Of a DNA stretch of 64,000 nt, positions 25,401 to 36,478 are shown one piece after another (the first letter of the stretch is position 1; each line of letters begins with the position of its first letter). Source of the DNA: Macrostomum lignano. Taxonomy: Eukaryota. Made by a program: the position numbers and the translations under genes. The notes below the pieces were generated by a model that saw only the letters and a list, made by a program, of their open reading frames with translations, was not told where the DNA came from and ran no database searches. The stretch covers positions 32,142 to 96,141 of the forward strand of contig NIVC01003473.1 in NCBI GenBank assembly GCA_002269645.1, given 5' to 3'.

Positions 25401-28400
25401 TTTCAGCATATTAAACTTTAAGCAAAACGAAAACTAAAAATTAACAATTTTACTACTCACTTCACCTGATCGGTCTGCGAGACACTCTGCTCGAAATATG
25501 CCAAAGTCAGGCCCCCAGAGATTGCTTTGAAGCATAGCGGCTTTATTGCGGAAGTGGACAACCTCGTGTAGTCTTCGTTTAGGACAAGAGGGGCTCTCAA
25601 AATAGAGGCTTAATTCACCTTAACGACTCTTTGATTTCTACAGCACAGTTTCATTACTTTATTGCCCTTTTTGAGATCATGAGGCGCACTAGAAGTTCTC
25701 GATACGAATTCCGCGCTTCTGCCATTTTGTTAGGCTTTCGTTTTGTTATAAAAAAAACAAATTTACAGCCTAACTTCTCCTAATATGCTACTTTTGCTAG
25801 CCTACGTGCCGCAAATCTTAATTAAGCCAGTGCTTTTCCAGGATGATTTTATTTTATTTTATTTATTCACGCAAGCATAAATTGTCACTACATAAATTGT
25901 AACAAAAACATTTATGTTCAGCTTGCTATGTTAATACGCTTCGGCTTGCAACATAAATAGTTATGTTCCATTCGCATTAATTTTTGAAAAATAAATTTGC
26001 TCGAAGGTACGAATTTCAGTGTCAGGGTGAGGCGTACTTGATCGAGAGGTGGTGTGTTGGGACAGAACAGCCAATTAACTTTTAGTGTAATGAATAAATT
26101 GAAATATTTTTCCACACCACGCTCCAAAATCGAGCAAACTTTGCTGGAGGCCGGGTTTCGCTGCAATTTCTAACTTTATATATTTTTCCATTAAACTTGA
26201 GTTAATCTTCCTGTCTGCCTCCGGCGAAATTCGCACACGATCTGTGAGCGCTACTGTTGATGTAAAATGAGATTTTTTATTACCGTTTAGAGATACCTGA
26301 AGCTTCGTACCGATGTTGTCTCCTAATCTCGCCCCCTCAAACTGCCGCCAATTTACAAAGACGCACAGGTCGGTCTTTGTGGAAGAGGCTGGCCGAGAGC
26401 CACCTCAAGCTGAGATACCTGTCACCGAACTCACCCGCTGTGGGATTCAGGTACCGATTGCGCGCACAGAGCAGAGTGTTGCGACTGCGTTCGCCCTCCT
26501 GTAGTTGACTTATAAGCCGCAATATAGCATTTAGTTACTTTTGTTCGATCCAGTTAACCCGATTGGGAAGCGGCCAGTTTATTTTGTTATACGGCAGCAA
26601 CGTCCTTTATTTTCTAGACACAACGTAGCCGGGTGGACTAATAGTTAATAAAAGTAACCGAGAGTAGTTTAATTCGATTAATCGAGCTATTTTAATGATC
26701 GTTACAAGATAAATAATGATGAGCAAAATGGACTGACCAGTTTGAACTGATTTTCTACTAACCGATTACAGGTGTTAATTAAGTCAGACTGTTGGCTATC
26801 ATAAGCGCAGCGATATTAAATTAATATTTACCAAACTTTGGTTCGCTCTCTAGCCGTAGCTCGTGTGTGCTTCCTTCTTTAAATAACAATTTGTGTCCTT
26901 TGTTTTTCCATTGATGAATGCGAGTTTGAAATACAGGCTAGCTCTGGTGTTTTACATGTCAACTAATTGTTACTAACTGTTTTAGTATGGCATCTTATGG
27001 CCATAGGTCGATTGGTGAGCCAGAGAAATTCGTGCTGCTATCTAACAGGCCGGTACGTGTGTCCAAGCAGAATCATTCTTATGTCTAAGAAGTACCGTAG
27101 GATGTCCCCAAGATCACGGTAATAAACGACAATAATCAATCAATTTTCCGGTGCTCAACCGCCCTTCAGATATTTTTCGCCGCACGAACCGGGCGGCCCG
27201 GTCAGTCTACCAAGCGCCCCGTCAGCAACTGAGTTGGTCAACATGAGAAGAAAGCGAATTACAGCGGCTGCCGCTGCGGCGGCGGCGGCCGCGGCGACTT
27301 CGGGGAGTCTGACCGCACCGTCAGAGACCAGCTTTGGCGGCGGCCTGGCAACACCCACGCCGTCCGTATCCTCAGTGTCGGACATGGAGGATGCCGCAGC
27401 GGGCCAGCACAACTATCCAAGATTCGTCCGCCAGCAGCCCAGGAGCAGCTCGATGAGGGTGCGACTGCAAACCTCCGGCGTTGAGCTGCCGCCCTTGGAG
27501 GGCGCCCCGGCACCCATCAACCCGAGCGGGCCCGGCAGTTACCCGCTGGCCAGCATTCTAAAAAAGCCGAGCGGCTCAGCCAGTGAGCGCCAAACTTCGT
27601 TTCTTTGATAATGGGTTTTTAGGGGCTGGCCTGTAAAAATAGGCAGGACTGAAAATCAAGTGCCGACAATTTCGCACGAAATGCCTGTTTCATCACTTCA
27701 TTAGCTTTTACAAAGCTCTTTTATTTGGAAAATCATAGGGGAAACATTAAAATGACGAAGCATTGTTTCATTTGGTTCCTTCTTTAACTAAACTCAGCTT
27801 ATTAAACTTGTGTCTACTACTTCTGTCTAACTACAACAGACTGTACAAACTAAACCTATTTGCTAAAGCTTGTTTTGCAAGACATTTCAAGTCACTTTGG
27901 TTTTATATTTGCAGTGCATTTGATAGGGTAGCAGCTAACACACCCTAATCTCCTTCCTCTCAGTCATCTGAAATGCCCTTATCTCAATGTCATGGGTAGC
28001 TGAGGCACTGCCTCCTCTGTTTCGTGGTGCAGCTGACGCATACGTGCGGTAAAACTAATAAGTCAAAGCATTCGAGAGGCTTTCAAAAAATGCAGCACTA
28101 TTAATTTTTTTTGGAAGACTTATGGTTGAAAAGAAGGTGTCCCCGAATTCGCAGTGGTTCTACAGCTAAATGCTTTTATAAAAAACACTTACCAGGCGAC
28201 CTATCGCAGCTCAGCGCCTCTGGAAGCCAATCGCTGCACCACTCAACGTCTGGACTGTCACTGAAATCTAGCGAGCCCTCGGTGCCGTTGCCTTATCACC
28301 AAGGCGAGCTCCGACATCTGCGCTCCGAAGTCTCCGAGCTCAAGGACAGCCTAGCAAAGCTTCACGACAGACTAGACCTGCTCACCAGCCTATTCAGGGA

Positions 28401-28587
28401 CCGGCTGGAACCACAGAATCCCAGATCAACGCCCGCCAGTGGGTCCCAAAGTCCCCCGCCTCGGGCATCGCCAGCAGCCCGATCGCCCCAGCTGGTGCGG
28501 CCTCAAGACTCATCGATTTTGCGCCAGGACTCCGACGAGGAAGTCGACGACCGAGGAACCCAGCCGCTGCTGCCGCACAGAGACTGA
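10450..28587 (+). CDS. elk: Elk-subfamily (Kv12; KCNH3/4/8-like) voltage-gated K+ channel, PAS-6TM-CNBHD; 13 exons, 5'-partial
   Basis: Exons with AG/GT boundaries: 10450-10680, 11870-12016, 14902(or 14911)-15194, 16521-16773, 18741-18922, 20137-20335, 21341-21586, 23510-23709, 24000-24249, 24420-24634, 24927-25228, 27170-27582, 28196-28587(TGA). All phases compatible (3323 nt; adding a typical 76-nt exon 1 gives 1132 aa). Motifs: [26 protein letters not shown]; Elk-specific [15 protein letters not shown]; S4 [18 protein letters not shown]; pore [14 protein letters not shown]; S6 [16 protein letters not shown]; CNBHD VVAILGKGDLFG..LTYNMR; C-terminal coiled coil. Exon 1 (MPV..QNTFLDTI) not found in window. 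Confidence 0.95.
11270..11790. repeat. Intronic minisatellite, 21-bp unit CAGCACAATCTGTCACTCTTC
   Basis: About 24 copies between exons ending 10680 and starting 11870. Confidence 0.93.
12195..12870. repeat. Intronic minisatellite, 32-bp unit GATGAATGCAGAACATCAAGGATGTTAGACCC
   Basis: About 21 copies. Confidence 0.95.
13585..13790. repeat. Intronic minisatellite, 46-48-bp unit CAGGGACCTCTAGAAACCTCTAGACTGGATGTAAGC...
   Basis: About 4 copies. Confidence 0.85.
14385..14865. repeat. Intronic minisatellite, 22-bp unit CAATCTACAGTCTGCTCAAACT
   Basis: About 21 copies, ending just before the acceptor at ~14901. Confidence 0.93.
15535..16420. repeat. Intronic minisatellite, 20-bp unit TAAGGACAGGGGTGTCCACT with 120-bp and 78-bp higher-order repeats
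   Basis: 15661-15780 is repeated at 15781-15900; 78-bp period at ~16020-16260. Confidence 0.95.
16890..17530. repeat. Intronic minisatellite, 26-bp unit GTCCTGAGTTCGATTTCTCAGATGTG
   Basis: About 24 copies. Confidence 0.95.
18354..18700. repeat. Intronic minisatellite, 39-bp unit AAATCTATTTTTAGAATCAGCAGCAATGTACACGTCGGG
   Basis: About 9 copies; 13-aa periodicity; runs up to the acceptor at 18740. Confidence 0.93.
19033..19312 (-). mobile_element. tRNA-derived SINE with CORE-like central domain (copy 1)
   Basis: Clear similarity to 30726-31034. Minus strand has A/B-box head (GGTTCGATTC), GTGTCCTTGAGCAAGAC and CAGCTGTAAAAT boxes, and an AT-rich tail. Confidence 0.8.
19810..20090. repeat. Degenerate ~21-bp intronic repeat (AGGAAATACCTAAGGAATTCT)
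   Basis: Recurrent AAATACCTAA cores. Confidence 0.75.
20375..20660. repeat. Intronic minisatellite, 47-bp unit CCCCGTGAACTTGGGAGGGATTCCCCTGCGAGATTCAAAGGCATTCC
   Basis: About 5.5 copies. Confidence 0.92.
21865..22575. repeat. Intronic minisatellite, 42-bp unit CCCTAATTACCTGAGTAATTAAAGATGGTTGGGTGCTGAAAA
   Basis: About 16 near-identical copies; 14-aa periodicity. Confidence 0.96.
23041..23384. mobile_element. Fold-back/MITE-like element with ~110-130-bp imperfect inverted arms
   Basis: CTACCAGAAGGTCGAATTTTTTCCA pairs with TGGAAAAAATCCGACCTTCTGGCAG; TGTATTCAGTACACCCATGTGCGCC pairs with GGCGCACAGGGGTTTACTGAATACA; outer CGCCAGCCCTCCGGAC pairs with GTCCGGAAAGCTGGCG. Confidence 0.8.
23715..23965. 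repeat. Intronic minisatellite, 33-bp unit CACCTGTAGCATAAATACACTGCCCGATTCTCT
   Basis: About 7 copies filling most of a 290-bp intron. Confidence 0.9.
24640..24865. repeat. Intronic purine-rich repeat, ~18-bp GGCAGAGGGAGAGGGGAT
   Basis: Fills most of the 292-bp intron 24635-24926. Confidence 0.85.
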
Positions 28588-29906
28588 AATTCTGTCCAAA
28601 CCATTTGTTTCTTGACCTGAATTATGATTCAGACGCTTGCATCGTCATATTTCTACTTTTAGTAGCCAAAAAACAGAACACATGAAGGGCATCCTGTACA
28701 GAGCTGATTGCAAATAATTCGAATTCGCTTGTTGAATTACAGACGAGGTCCCGTGACTCGACGCAGGTTGCTACTAAACTGTGTGTGCGCAAAAATGCAA
28801 ATTTTAGATAATATTTTCTCAAGTTTAAATATATAATAATGATGAAAAATGCTGAAAAAGCAACCGAAAATTCTGGGATGCTTGCGCAGTTTTATTCCAG
28901 ACGTGATTAAACAAGTGAATATAATAATAAAAACGCTGTATTAAAACGTATATAAGTTTGGCAGACTTCTTTTGTCCCATGTTGTACGAGTAGTAAGCAA
29001 GTAATCCGAAATCAACTGCAAATGAAAACAATGTGATGCGCATGTCGTACATGTAACTAGGGTACAAATTATCAAATAGGTGTGTGCATCTGATTGGAGA
29101 CCTGACTGGGGTGCAAGCGAAGATACTGTTTTAAAATGGAAGACATGACATGGTTTCGAAGGTATTCAATATTGTGTTGTGTACAAAGTCACCCAGTAAA
29201 CAATCATGGCGAATCGGCGCAAAAGAAAGTTCGAGCAACAACTAAATAAAAAACTACTGCTTTGGTCCAGCTATGCGTGTGGAAATACAACGGACCGTTC
29301 GATTGTGTGGCCAAGAGCTGGAATTAGTTCGAGAGAGCAGGTCATGGACAGAAAAAGTTGTCAGCCTAAATGGAACTAAACTTAAGAATAGTAGGAAAGA
29401 TTGAGTTTTAAACACAATCCAAAGAAGGAAACAACCTTCTGGGTATTTTTCTAGAGAGGGGTCTCGCTATTTACTTCATTGCACCAACTACGAAATTTTG
29501 AAACAGTCTGATAAATCTTTCCTAGGGCTGCAACGATTGGCAGGTGATCAGTTGAAGAAATCTATACTACCATTTATCTGATTTTTTGCGTACTTTTGTC
29601 TCAGTTAAAAACTCAAACGCGTCTTATTACTTTCTTTCGATTTTAGATGACAACTTGTTTGCCTCTGGCCTGCTGCCTCAAACAGATAAAAATGATCCAC
29701 GATTTGCACTTCGAGTTCTACTTAGACTGAAAAAAAACAATATTATCGTACGGGGCCACTTAAGCAGATACATGCAGCTGTGAGTATGATGATTAGGCTC
29801 TGATAACAACAGGAGGTAACACTATAACTAAGTCAGCTTGGTTGAGTATGCATCTATGCGTGATTCAATTGATCGAGTATGTAACCTTGTCTCGTCAGTA
29901 AAAGCC

Positions 29907-31370
29907 CTACCGCACCACCACGCTACTCGCGGCCTCTCCAAATCTTCCATAGGCAGACGCTGACGCCGCTGCAACAGCCGCCGTCGCCGCGGCGATTCTT
30001 TGTCGGTTTCGTCTAGCAAAAATGGCGCCAAGACCGCAGATCTGCAGCGCGGCGGCGCCCAAGCAGCATAGGGAGTAGGCGCGGAGTTCGGTGGACAGCC
30101 AGGCGTGAATCTGGGCAGCGCAACCGACAGGAAACGGGCTGGCACAATCGGCAACTTTGCCTGCGCAGCAACTGGCAGGCGGCTGAGCTTCAAAGGCCAG
30201 CCAGTCTTTAGGCGAGTCGATTCCGCAGCAGCCGAGGGCCTGCTGGGTGAGATCGATCCACTGTTTGGCATCACCGGTCCCGTTAGAAGTGGAGTAGGCT
30301 CGCATCTCGGCCAGAAACTTCTGCCTGGCCTCCTTCTCCACCTGGGCCTGCATGACGAAGCCGGCTAGAAAGCCGGAGATCTCCATGCTGAGTAGCAGCA
30401 GGATAGCCAAGACGAGAATGAGAGTCTGGGAAGGCCAGTTGGGGTGAGGAGCGCGTTGTCTACATGTAGCGATCGAGAGTCAAATAGCATACTTTTGTGC
30501 AATAACAAAATCCACATATTCAATATGCAAGAAAACATTTGCAGAGTTTACTCGCATAACGCGTAGCTTTCATGAGCTAGGCGTTATGCGTTGTTGCTAT
30601 AAAACTATGAAAAAATATCTTTGCGTACCCATAGTAAGTTGAAGACCCTCATAATTGACTGCAAGATACGGATGTCTTATTATATTATTAGAGTCTTAGT
30701 CCCAATGAGTTGATCTATTGTGACCATAATAATATTAATAACAACTGATTGCACCTGCTCCAATTGGGCCAGATGTGCAACCGACAACTCAGGCGCAGCT
30801 ATATTTGCGCGGCTCATCTGAAGCTGCGTACGGCTGTTAAGTCCAAGGATTGAGGAGTCGTCAAACACCCTTAATTACCGCAGCTAATGCTGGCACCCAT
30901 TTTACAGCTGGTTGAACTGAAGCAATGCAGAGTTAAGTGTCTTGCTCAAAGACACAAATTGTTTCAGTGGGATAGGGAATCGAACATCCGACCTTTAAGT
31001 CGTGAGTCGACGCTTTAACCACAAGGCTACAACCCCATCACTATAGTTTCGTGTTAGATTATAGCTGTGCAATTTATTTAAATCCCGTCAAGTCACTTTA
31101 TAAGCATCGCTGACAATGCTTGTGGGGGTCGAACATGAGCTAATGCCTCACCTGAAAGCCTCCAATTCGAACTCCGCTCTGATGGTAGGCGCTGTCGGAT
31201 GCCACCGCAGTGATGGCAATGGCAGCCGTTATGACAATCAAAAGCGACATAGGGAAGGTGCAGCCATATATGTCATACAGCTGGTCCTTCTGTCCCGTTA
31301 AGAAGAAGCCGCAAATGACCAGCAAAAAGCCGATGGCAAAACAGGCTACATTGTACAGAACGAGGTACAT
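29907..31370 (-). CDS. Tetraspanin (6-Cys EC2), 2 exons: 31370-31152 and 30425-29907, ~245 aa
   Basis: Four hydrophobic segments; TM1 YLVLYN; TM3 with conserved Glu (LLLLSMEIS); EC2 motifs QQALGCCG, PPASCC, VGC; phase-0 intron CAG|GTGAGG...TTCCCAG|ACT; in-frame upstream stop supports ATG at 31370. Confidence 0.9.
30726..31034 (-). mobile_element. tRNA-derived SINE with CORE-like domain (copy 2, in tetraspanin intron)
   Basis: Minus strand: TAGCCTTGTGGTTAAAGCG (A box), GTTCGATTCC (B box), GTGTCTTTGAGCAAGACACTTAAC...CAGCTGTAAAATGGG; homologous to 19033-19312. Confidence 0.82.
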
Positions 31371-32298
31371 TCTCTGCTCCTCGCTCCTCGATCGATCGTG
31401 TCTCCCTCAGCTTGGCTACGAGAAAGGCAAATGAAATCAACTGCTGTGCTGAATTTCCCTTTATACACACGCGATTGTCTTCTCGACAATCCCCCTTCTA
31501 ATCTACGTGGGGCTTCTCGTCCCCCCAAAACACTATTCAACGTATTATTGCCGCTTGCGTGGGCAGAGTTTGAGAGCGGAGCTCTTCCTGACGTGCTTGG
31601 GGCTGGCAGAGCTTAATGCAGGAATTTATTGCCCAGCAGTGCTAATTCGGCTGCCTTATTTGAATAGAAGTATATTGACAGATTTTGTCAGTGGAAACTA
31701 TTATATTCATTTTGCCTGAGCTTACAAATACAGTAAACGAATGTAGTAAAAAGCATTATTTGAGTATTCTCTCTTGTACTTAACAGCGTTTCAATAGCCA
31801 GTTGCATTCTACTCCAATAATTTTAAACAAAGTGTTTCACAAGTGTATTGAAAAAAAATTAGATTTGTGCGAGCGAACAGTATTGTTAGAAGGTATTATT
31901 ATGCAAAGTTGAATTATGTACTTCTTGAGAGCGCAGGACACCAGGGCTCAGCTCAGCGCTTCAGCCCTGAATATTGAAAAAAAATGGTTTAGCTCTATTA
32001 GTTTTCATGGAGATGCATGAGTCCCACTAAGTACTGATCCCGCATAAACTTTTAACGCATCTGTAAGATTGCTAGGACGTCACAAAATTAACCCATTTTT
32101 GCTCCAATATTGTCAACATCGTTTATGACCAAAACATTCAAAATCACCTCTAGTGCTTTAAAAAGTACGAGCGTAGCACAAACTTAGTTTAGGAGCGAAA
32201 AACTTATACAGTATGCCAATTATTCAATTACGAAAATTCGTGACGCTGTAGATACGTATTTAAAATACTAAAAAACTAACGTATTTTATACGCCCAAG

Positions 32299-32677
32299 CA
32301 GTAGCGTAGCTAGGGGGGGATACGGGGATATATCCCCCATTTTAGGAAACGAAAATGAGGTTTTATGAAAAAATGCAAAATAAAGTGGCTTAGATTTAGC
32401 AAAATTGCCTAAAATTGGTGTATTTTACTCGTAAATTACTATTAAAATGTTTTAAACGATATTTCCGCGAATCCCTAGTTCCTAAAATGCTGTAATTAAG
32501 ACAGACGTCTGCCGGCTTTATTCTGATTTTAACAAAGTAAAGTCTTTAGCCTAAAAACATGGTTTTGGTATTTTTAAAGGCATATTGTAAGTAAAATATT
32601 GCAATAAACTTTTTCTTAGTCCACAATTTCGTCACTAAAGTTATCCCCCCCTTTTCAAAATCCTAGCTACGCCACTG
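32299..32677. mobile_element. hAT-type MITE (379 bp)
   Basis: TIRs CAGTAGCGTAGCTAGG / CCTAGCTACGCCACTG; flanking 8-mers CGCCCAAG and CGTCTAAG (6/8 match, decayed 8-bp TSD typical of hAT). Confidence 0.8.
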
Positions 32678-32974
32678 CGTCTAAGAGAGCTAGCTTTGTG
32701 TTGGCATGGCAACACCTGGGATATCTTCAGAAAATCGATTATTTATGCCAATTAAAAATTACACAACTTACTAGGATAACACTATAGAATGCAAAATTTA
32801 GACGCCACTTCGACTTCGGTTTTTGAACCTTCAGAAGTGCCATCATTCAAGGTAAAACTTCCAGAATCAATTACTCGTACTTTAGCTTTACGCTTACCAG
32901 ATGGAGGATTGAGACCAGACTGGCATCAGCTTGTTGTTCCTTCTTCAGATCGTTAGTTGAGCCTTGCTGTCTGA

Positions 32975-33342
32975 GTATTATTATTTTTTTATTAGAGGCA
33001 GGGGGGTTGTGTGCACCCTGGAGCACTTTAAGCGACATAGGCACACAACCGGCGAGAGGCATTACTGCCCATTCCGCCGACTCCCCTGAGCAGGCATACA
33101 AGCGCGCGGATACGTACGCAGGCACACACTCACACAGGAGTGTACAGCGGCCCTAACTTTATATTAGCGTTAGGCATGTACACTTCACTGCGCCTTGGGG
33201 GGTTGGCTCTCAAGGCCGTTAATTGCACGAGCAGAGCCAAGCCGAGATTCCAATTCAGCCCCAAATTAATGTGACTGCACTTGGAATCGAGCCAGGGTCG
33301 CTGGCATACCAGAGCAGCTGCGCTACCGCTGGGCTACGGCCC
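32975..33342 (-). mobile_element. Second tRNA-derived SINE family (~360 bp)
   Basis: Head GGGCCGTAGCCCAGCGGTAGCGC...GGCTCGATTCC (A/B boxes, no acceptor stem), unrelated body, AATAAAAAAATAATAAT tail. Confidence 0.65.
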
Positions 33343-33424
33343 CCCTTGCTGTCTGAGTAAGAGGAGCAGTAAAAAAGGTGATGCTGCCCATGCATACTTG
33401 TACTACAGAGAAAAGACCTGTAAT

Positions 33425-33685
33425 GGATGGAATCTACGACAGCAGTCGGATCAGCTGCAGCATCTAATTCAATGACAACCGGACCAGCGACTGCCACCGA
33501 ATCTACGACAGCAATCGGATCAGCTGCAGCATCTAATTCAATGACAACCGGACCAGCGACTGCCACCGAATCTACGACAGCAATCGGATCAGCTGCAGCA
33601 TCTAATTCAATGACAACCGGACCAGCGACTGCCACCGAATCTACGACAGCAATCGAATCAGCTGCAGCATCTAATTCAATGACGA
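33425..33685 (+). repeat. 69-bp tandem repeat (~3.7 copies), open as 23-aa S/T/A-rich units in ORF 33427-33711
   Basis: ESTTAIGSAAASNSMTTGPATAT periodicity. Confidence 0.9.
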
Positions 33686-33742
33686 GTATTAGAATAAAAT
33701 TCGATAGCTAACCGAAGACAGAAGCGATGCGTTTTCTGCAGC

Positions 33743-35743
33743 ATGAGCAACGTCGAAGAAGTCTCAGAAGTGCAAGCACCTGTAGAGCCAGTTCTTCACA
33801 AAAAGAGACGTTCCAATCGTTTTGCGCGATACACAGAGACAAGCCCAGGCAACAATGCTAGTTTAAGCGACGTTCGCTTTTCAAAAGCGAATGGCTTAGT
33901 GTTGTTAAAGAACTCTGGATGGGTTTCTGATTTTCCACTAAATGCAGATGTGACTCGCGTCGGTGTGTTTCAAGTATGTTCTGCTGATAACCTTCTGACT
34001 GCTTTAATGTTCGCTTATCGAGAGTCTGGGGCGTTTAAATCGTCATTGGAAATTTGCTCTGCTAGTAGCTGTGCGTTACTTGATTCTCTCAAACGAGCGT
34101 CTGATGCCAAGTCCAACGTAGATGTTGCCAGCTACTTTCTTCAGTGCTCTGAGCTGCAGGATAACGGTTTGGTTGTGCAGCGTCCTAATGGTACTGTTAT
34201 TATTTGCTCGTGTGCTTCTGAGGTGCATGTTGCTGGGCAGTTGAGGAAATCACCCGTAGTAATGCGAACTGCCCTTCTCGCATGCAGTGTTCTACTACCC
34301 GAGAGTTGCTATCTCTATCAATAAACCGCCATCATTTGTCAATGAATTTCTGAGTAAAGATTTATCCTGTGATGAAAAAGTGTTTCTTGTTTATTTTGAA
34401 ATCTGTATCTTCATTAGACTACTAGCTACAGCATTTGACTAACTAGTACTTAATTATTTAACAACAGCAAAAAACCAGAAAAGATCGTTTTTCCTGTTGC
34501 TTTTGGAATCTCTATCTTCATTAGACTACAAGCTACAGCATTTCACTAGCTAGTACTTACTTAATTGTTTAGCAACAACTAGAAAAAACTCTGTTTCTTG
34601 TTTTTTGGAATCTTTATCTATTCATTAGACTACTAGATACACCATTTCACTAACTAACAAGCGCTGCGGAACAGGGGGGGGGGGCAGCTGCCCCCCAGAC
34701 ATTGAGTTGGGGGGCATTGCCTCCCTCAAATACCGTTTAATAGCATAATTTTTCTTACATTTAAAATTGTAAGAAAGGGGCTGTCTTAAGTATAGGCTAG
34801 CCAGACCAGCAAATAGGTCGGAAGAAACGTCTCTGTGCTCAACGCTGCATGCTTGCCGCTGCTTCAGCCGACTATCCTTTAGTGCTACTTCACGCGTCTT
34901 CTCGAGCGACAGCCTCTAGCGATTCGATGGGCGCGCAGGAGCCTGCTGCGCCACATCACGTCTCGCGAGCGTCAGGCTCTGCCGATTCGATGGGCGCGCA
35001 AGTACGTTCCATACTCACCCCGATTCAGAACTCCTTCCAGGATAGCGTTTTCGCAAGCCTTACAATGCTCTGTTACAAACAAAAGAACTAGTCATCCGTG
35101 TGCTTCGATGCATTTTCCAGTTAAAAAGTATTTCAGAGACGGTAGTGTGGCGTGTCAACGGGGAAGCAGCAGTACATCTACGAACGCTGCTACTCGTAAC
35201 ACTCCTGCAAGCAGCCGTGCCTTTGCTGATGAAGTCACTGTAGCGTCTGTTACCCATGGAAAAGAAAACTGTGACAAAGCAAAATCTACTGCTTCCAACG
35301 TACGGCCAAGAAAGGCAATCAGTGTTGACAACAGTACGTAACGCCTTCCCAGATGATTTTGTTCGAGTCACCAGATTTTCAATCGAAAATAAGCAGCGCT
35401 CGAAGGGTTCCACTGCAAAGTGTTTTCCATTCGGTAACTATTTCAGGCAAACGCAGCGAGCAGCGGACTCGGAAGATTTGCCGAAGGTATTCTGCTGGCA
35501 AACACCATTGTGGTAAGCAGTTACACGAGATGGCCAGGACGCTACGAACCAGTAGACGTCTATCTGAACGGGATTTGCTCAGTCAACCATACTTTTATGG
35601 CAATTGTTTTTAATCTTCGTGATTACTCTTCAGTCACAGAAGACTTCAGAGCTCATTTTGGCAATATTAAAATTGCCAAATGCATTTTAGAAGTGGTAGA
35701 TGCCAGGAAATCTGGGCCAGGAGGCCCAGACAGCACTGCTTGA
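33743..35743 (+). pseudogene. Possible transposon-associated USP/papain-like protease remnant (Cys-box-like segment in ORF 33743-34324; His-box-like segment in 35510-35743)
   Basis: QVCSADNLLTALMFAYRES resembles NTCxxDxxLxxLxxAY; YLNGICSVNHTFMAIV resembles YxLxGVIxxxxxHFxA. Motif resemblance only. Confidence 0.3.
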
Positions 35744-36478
35744 CAGGATTCTTTCTTCGAGGTACAGGCAGAAATTTTTAGACATGTTTCGTCACAGCGA
35801 TTTATCTTCATTTTCTCAATTTTGCTGTCCTAACCAACTTACGCCGTAAGGCCTCCCAGCACTTCACTTTTGCGAGGCTGGCGCCGTTCTCGTTCCTCTT
35901 GGTGCAAGTACAAGAAATTTCTCTCTCTCCAATTTGTACTGTAACGGATTCCGCTTGGTCCCGAATCACAAGCTGCGCCCCCCTTTTCGTCCCTGCTCTC
36001 TGTAAGCCTTAAGGCCTCTGCATTAGCCTGTGCGAGGCCGGCCTCCTTTTGAGCCCATGCGGTTGTAAGGAGGCGACTTAAGCGCTAGGGAGGCCCTCCC
36101 CAATTTTTCTCAATCTAAGGTCTCTAAGTTTGGCCCGGAGCCCAAGTATCTTACTCCAGGTCAGTGCTTTGTCATGTTAACATCTCCAGCTATTTCTCGC
36201 GGGGATGATTGTCAGTTTTATGAGCCTCAGTGGCCAGCTCTCTCAGTTAAACCCCCTTTTACTTTAAGGGCATTGAGCTCCGCCCGCTTTGATTTTAAAT
36301 AGTTTTATCGTTTATTAAACGGCCACAGTTTGCGTCTGTTTATTGTCTCGAGCACTTTTATCACGAGCCCCCAATCTATTCTTTTCCACTCGGTGTAATA
36401 TTCTTTACACTTGGTGGGAAACTGTTTTCCACCGAGTGAAATCCGGCTAAGTATAAAAGGCAAGCCCCACCATCTGGG

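Noticed and set aside
25471-26487. Short inverted match (ACACTCTGCTC/GAGCAGAGTGT) about 1 kb apart
   Set aside because: Only an 11-bp perfect core and no TSD; may be a decayed MITE or chance.
33271-33342. Possible tRNA gene on the minus strand
   Set aside because: A/B boxes are present but there is no acceptor stem or clean anticodon arm, and it continues into a body and A-rich tail, so it is a SINE head.
34665-34725. G-run/C-run motif resembling a hAT non-autonomous 5' end
   Set aside because: No matching opposite TIR found.
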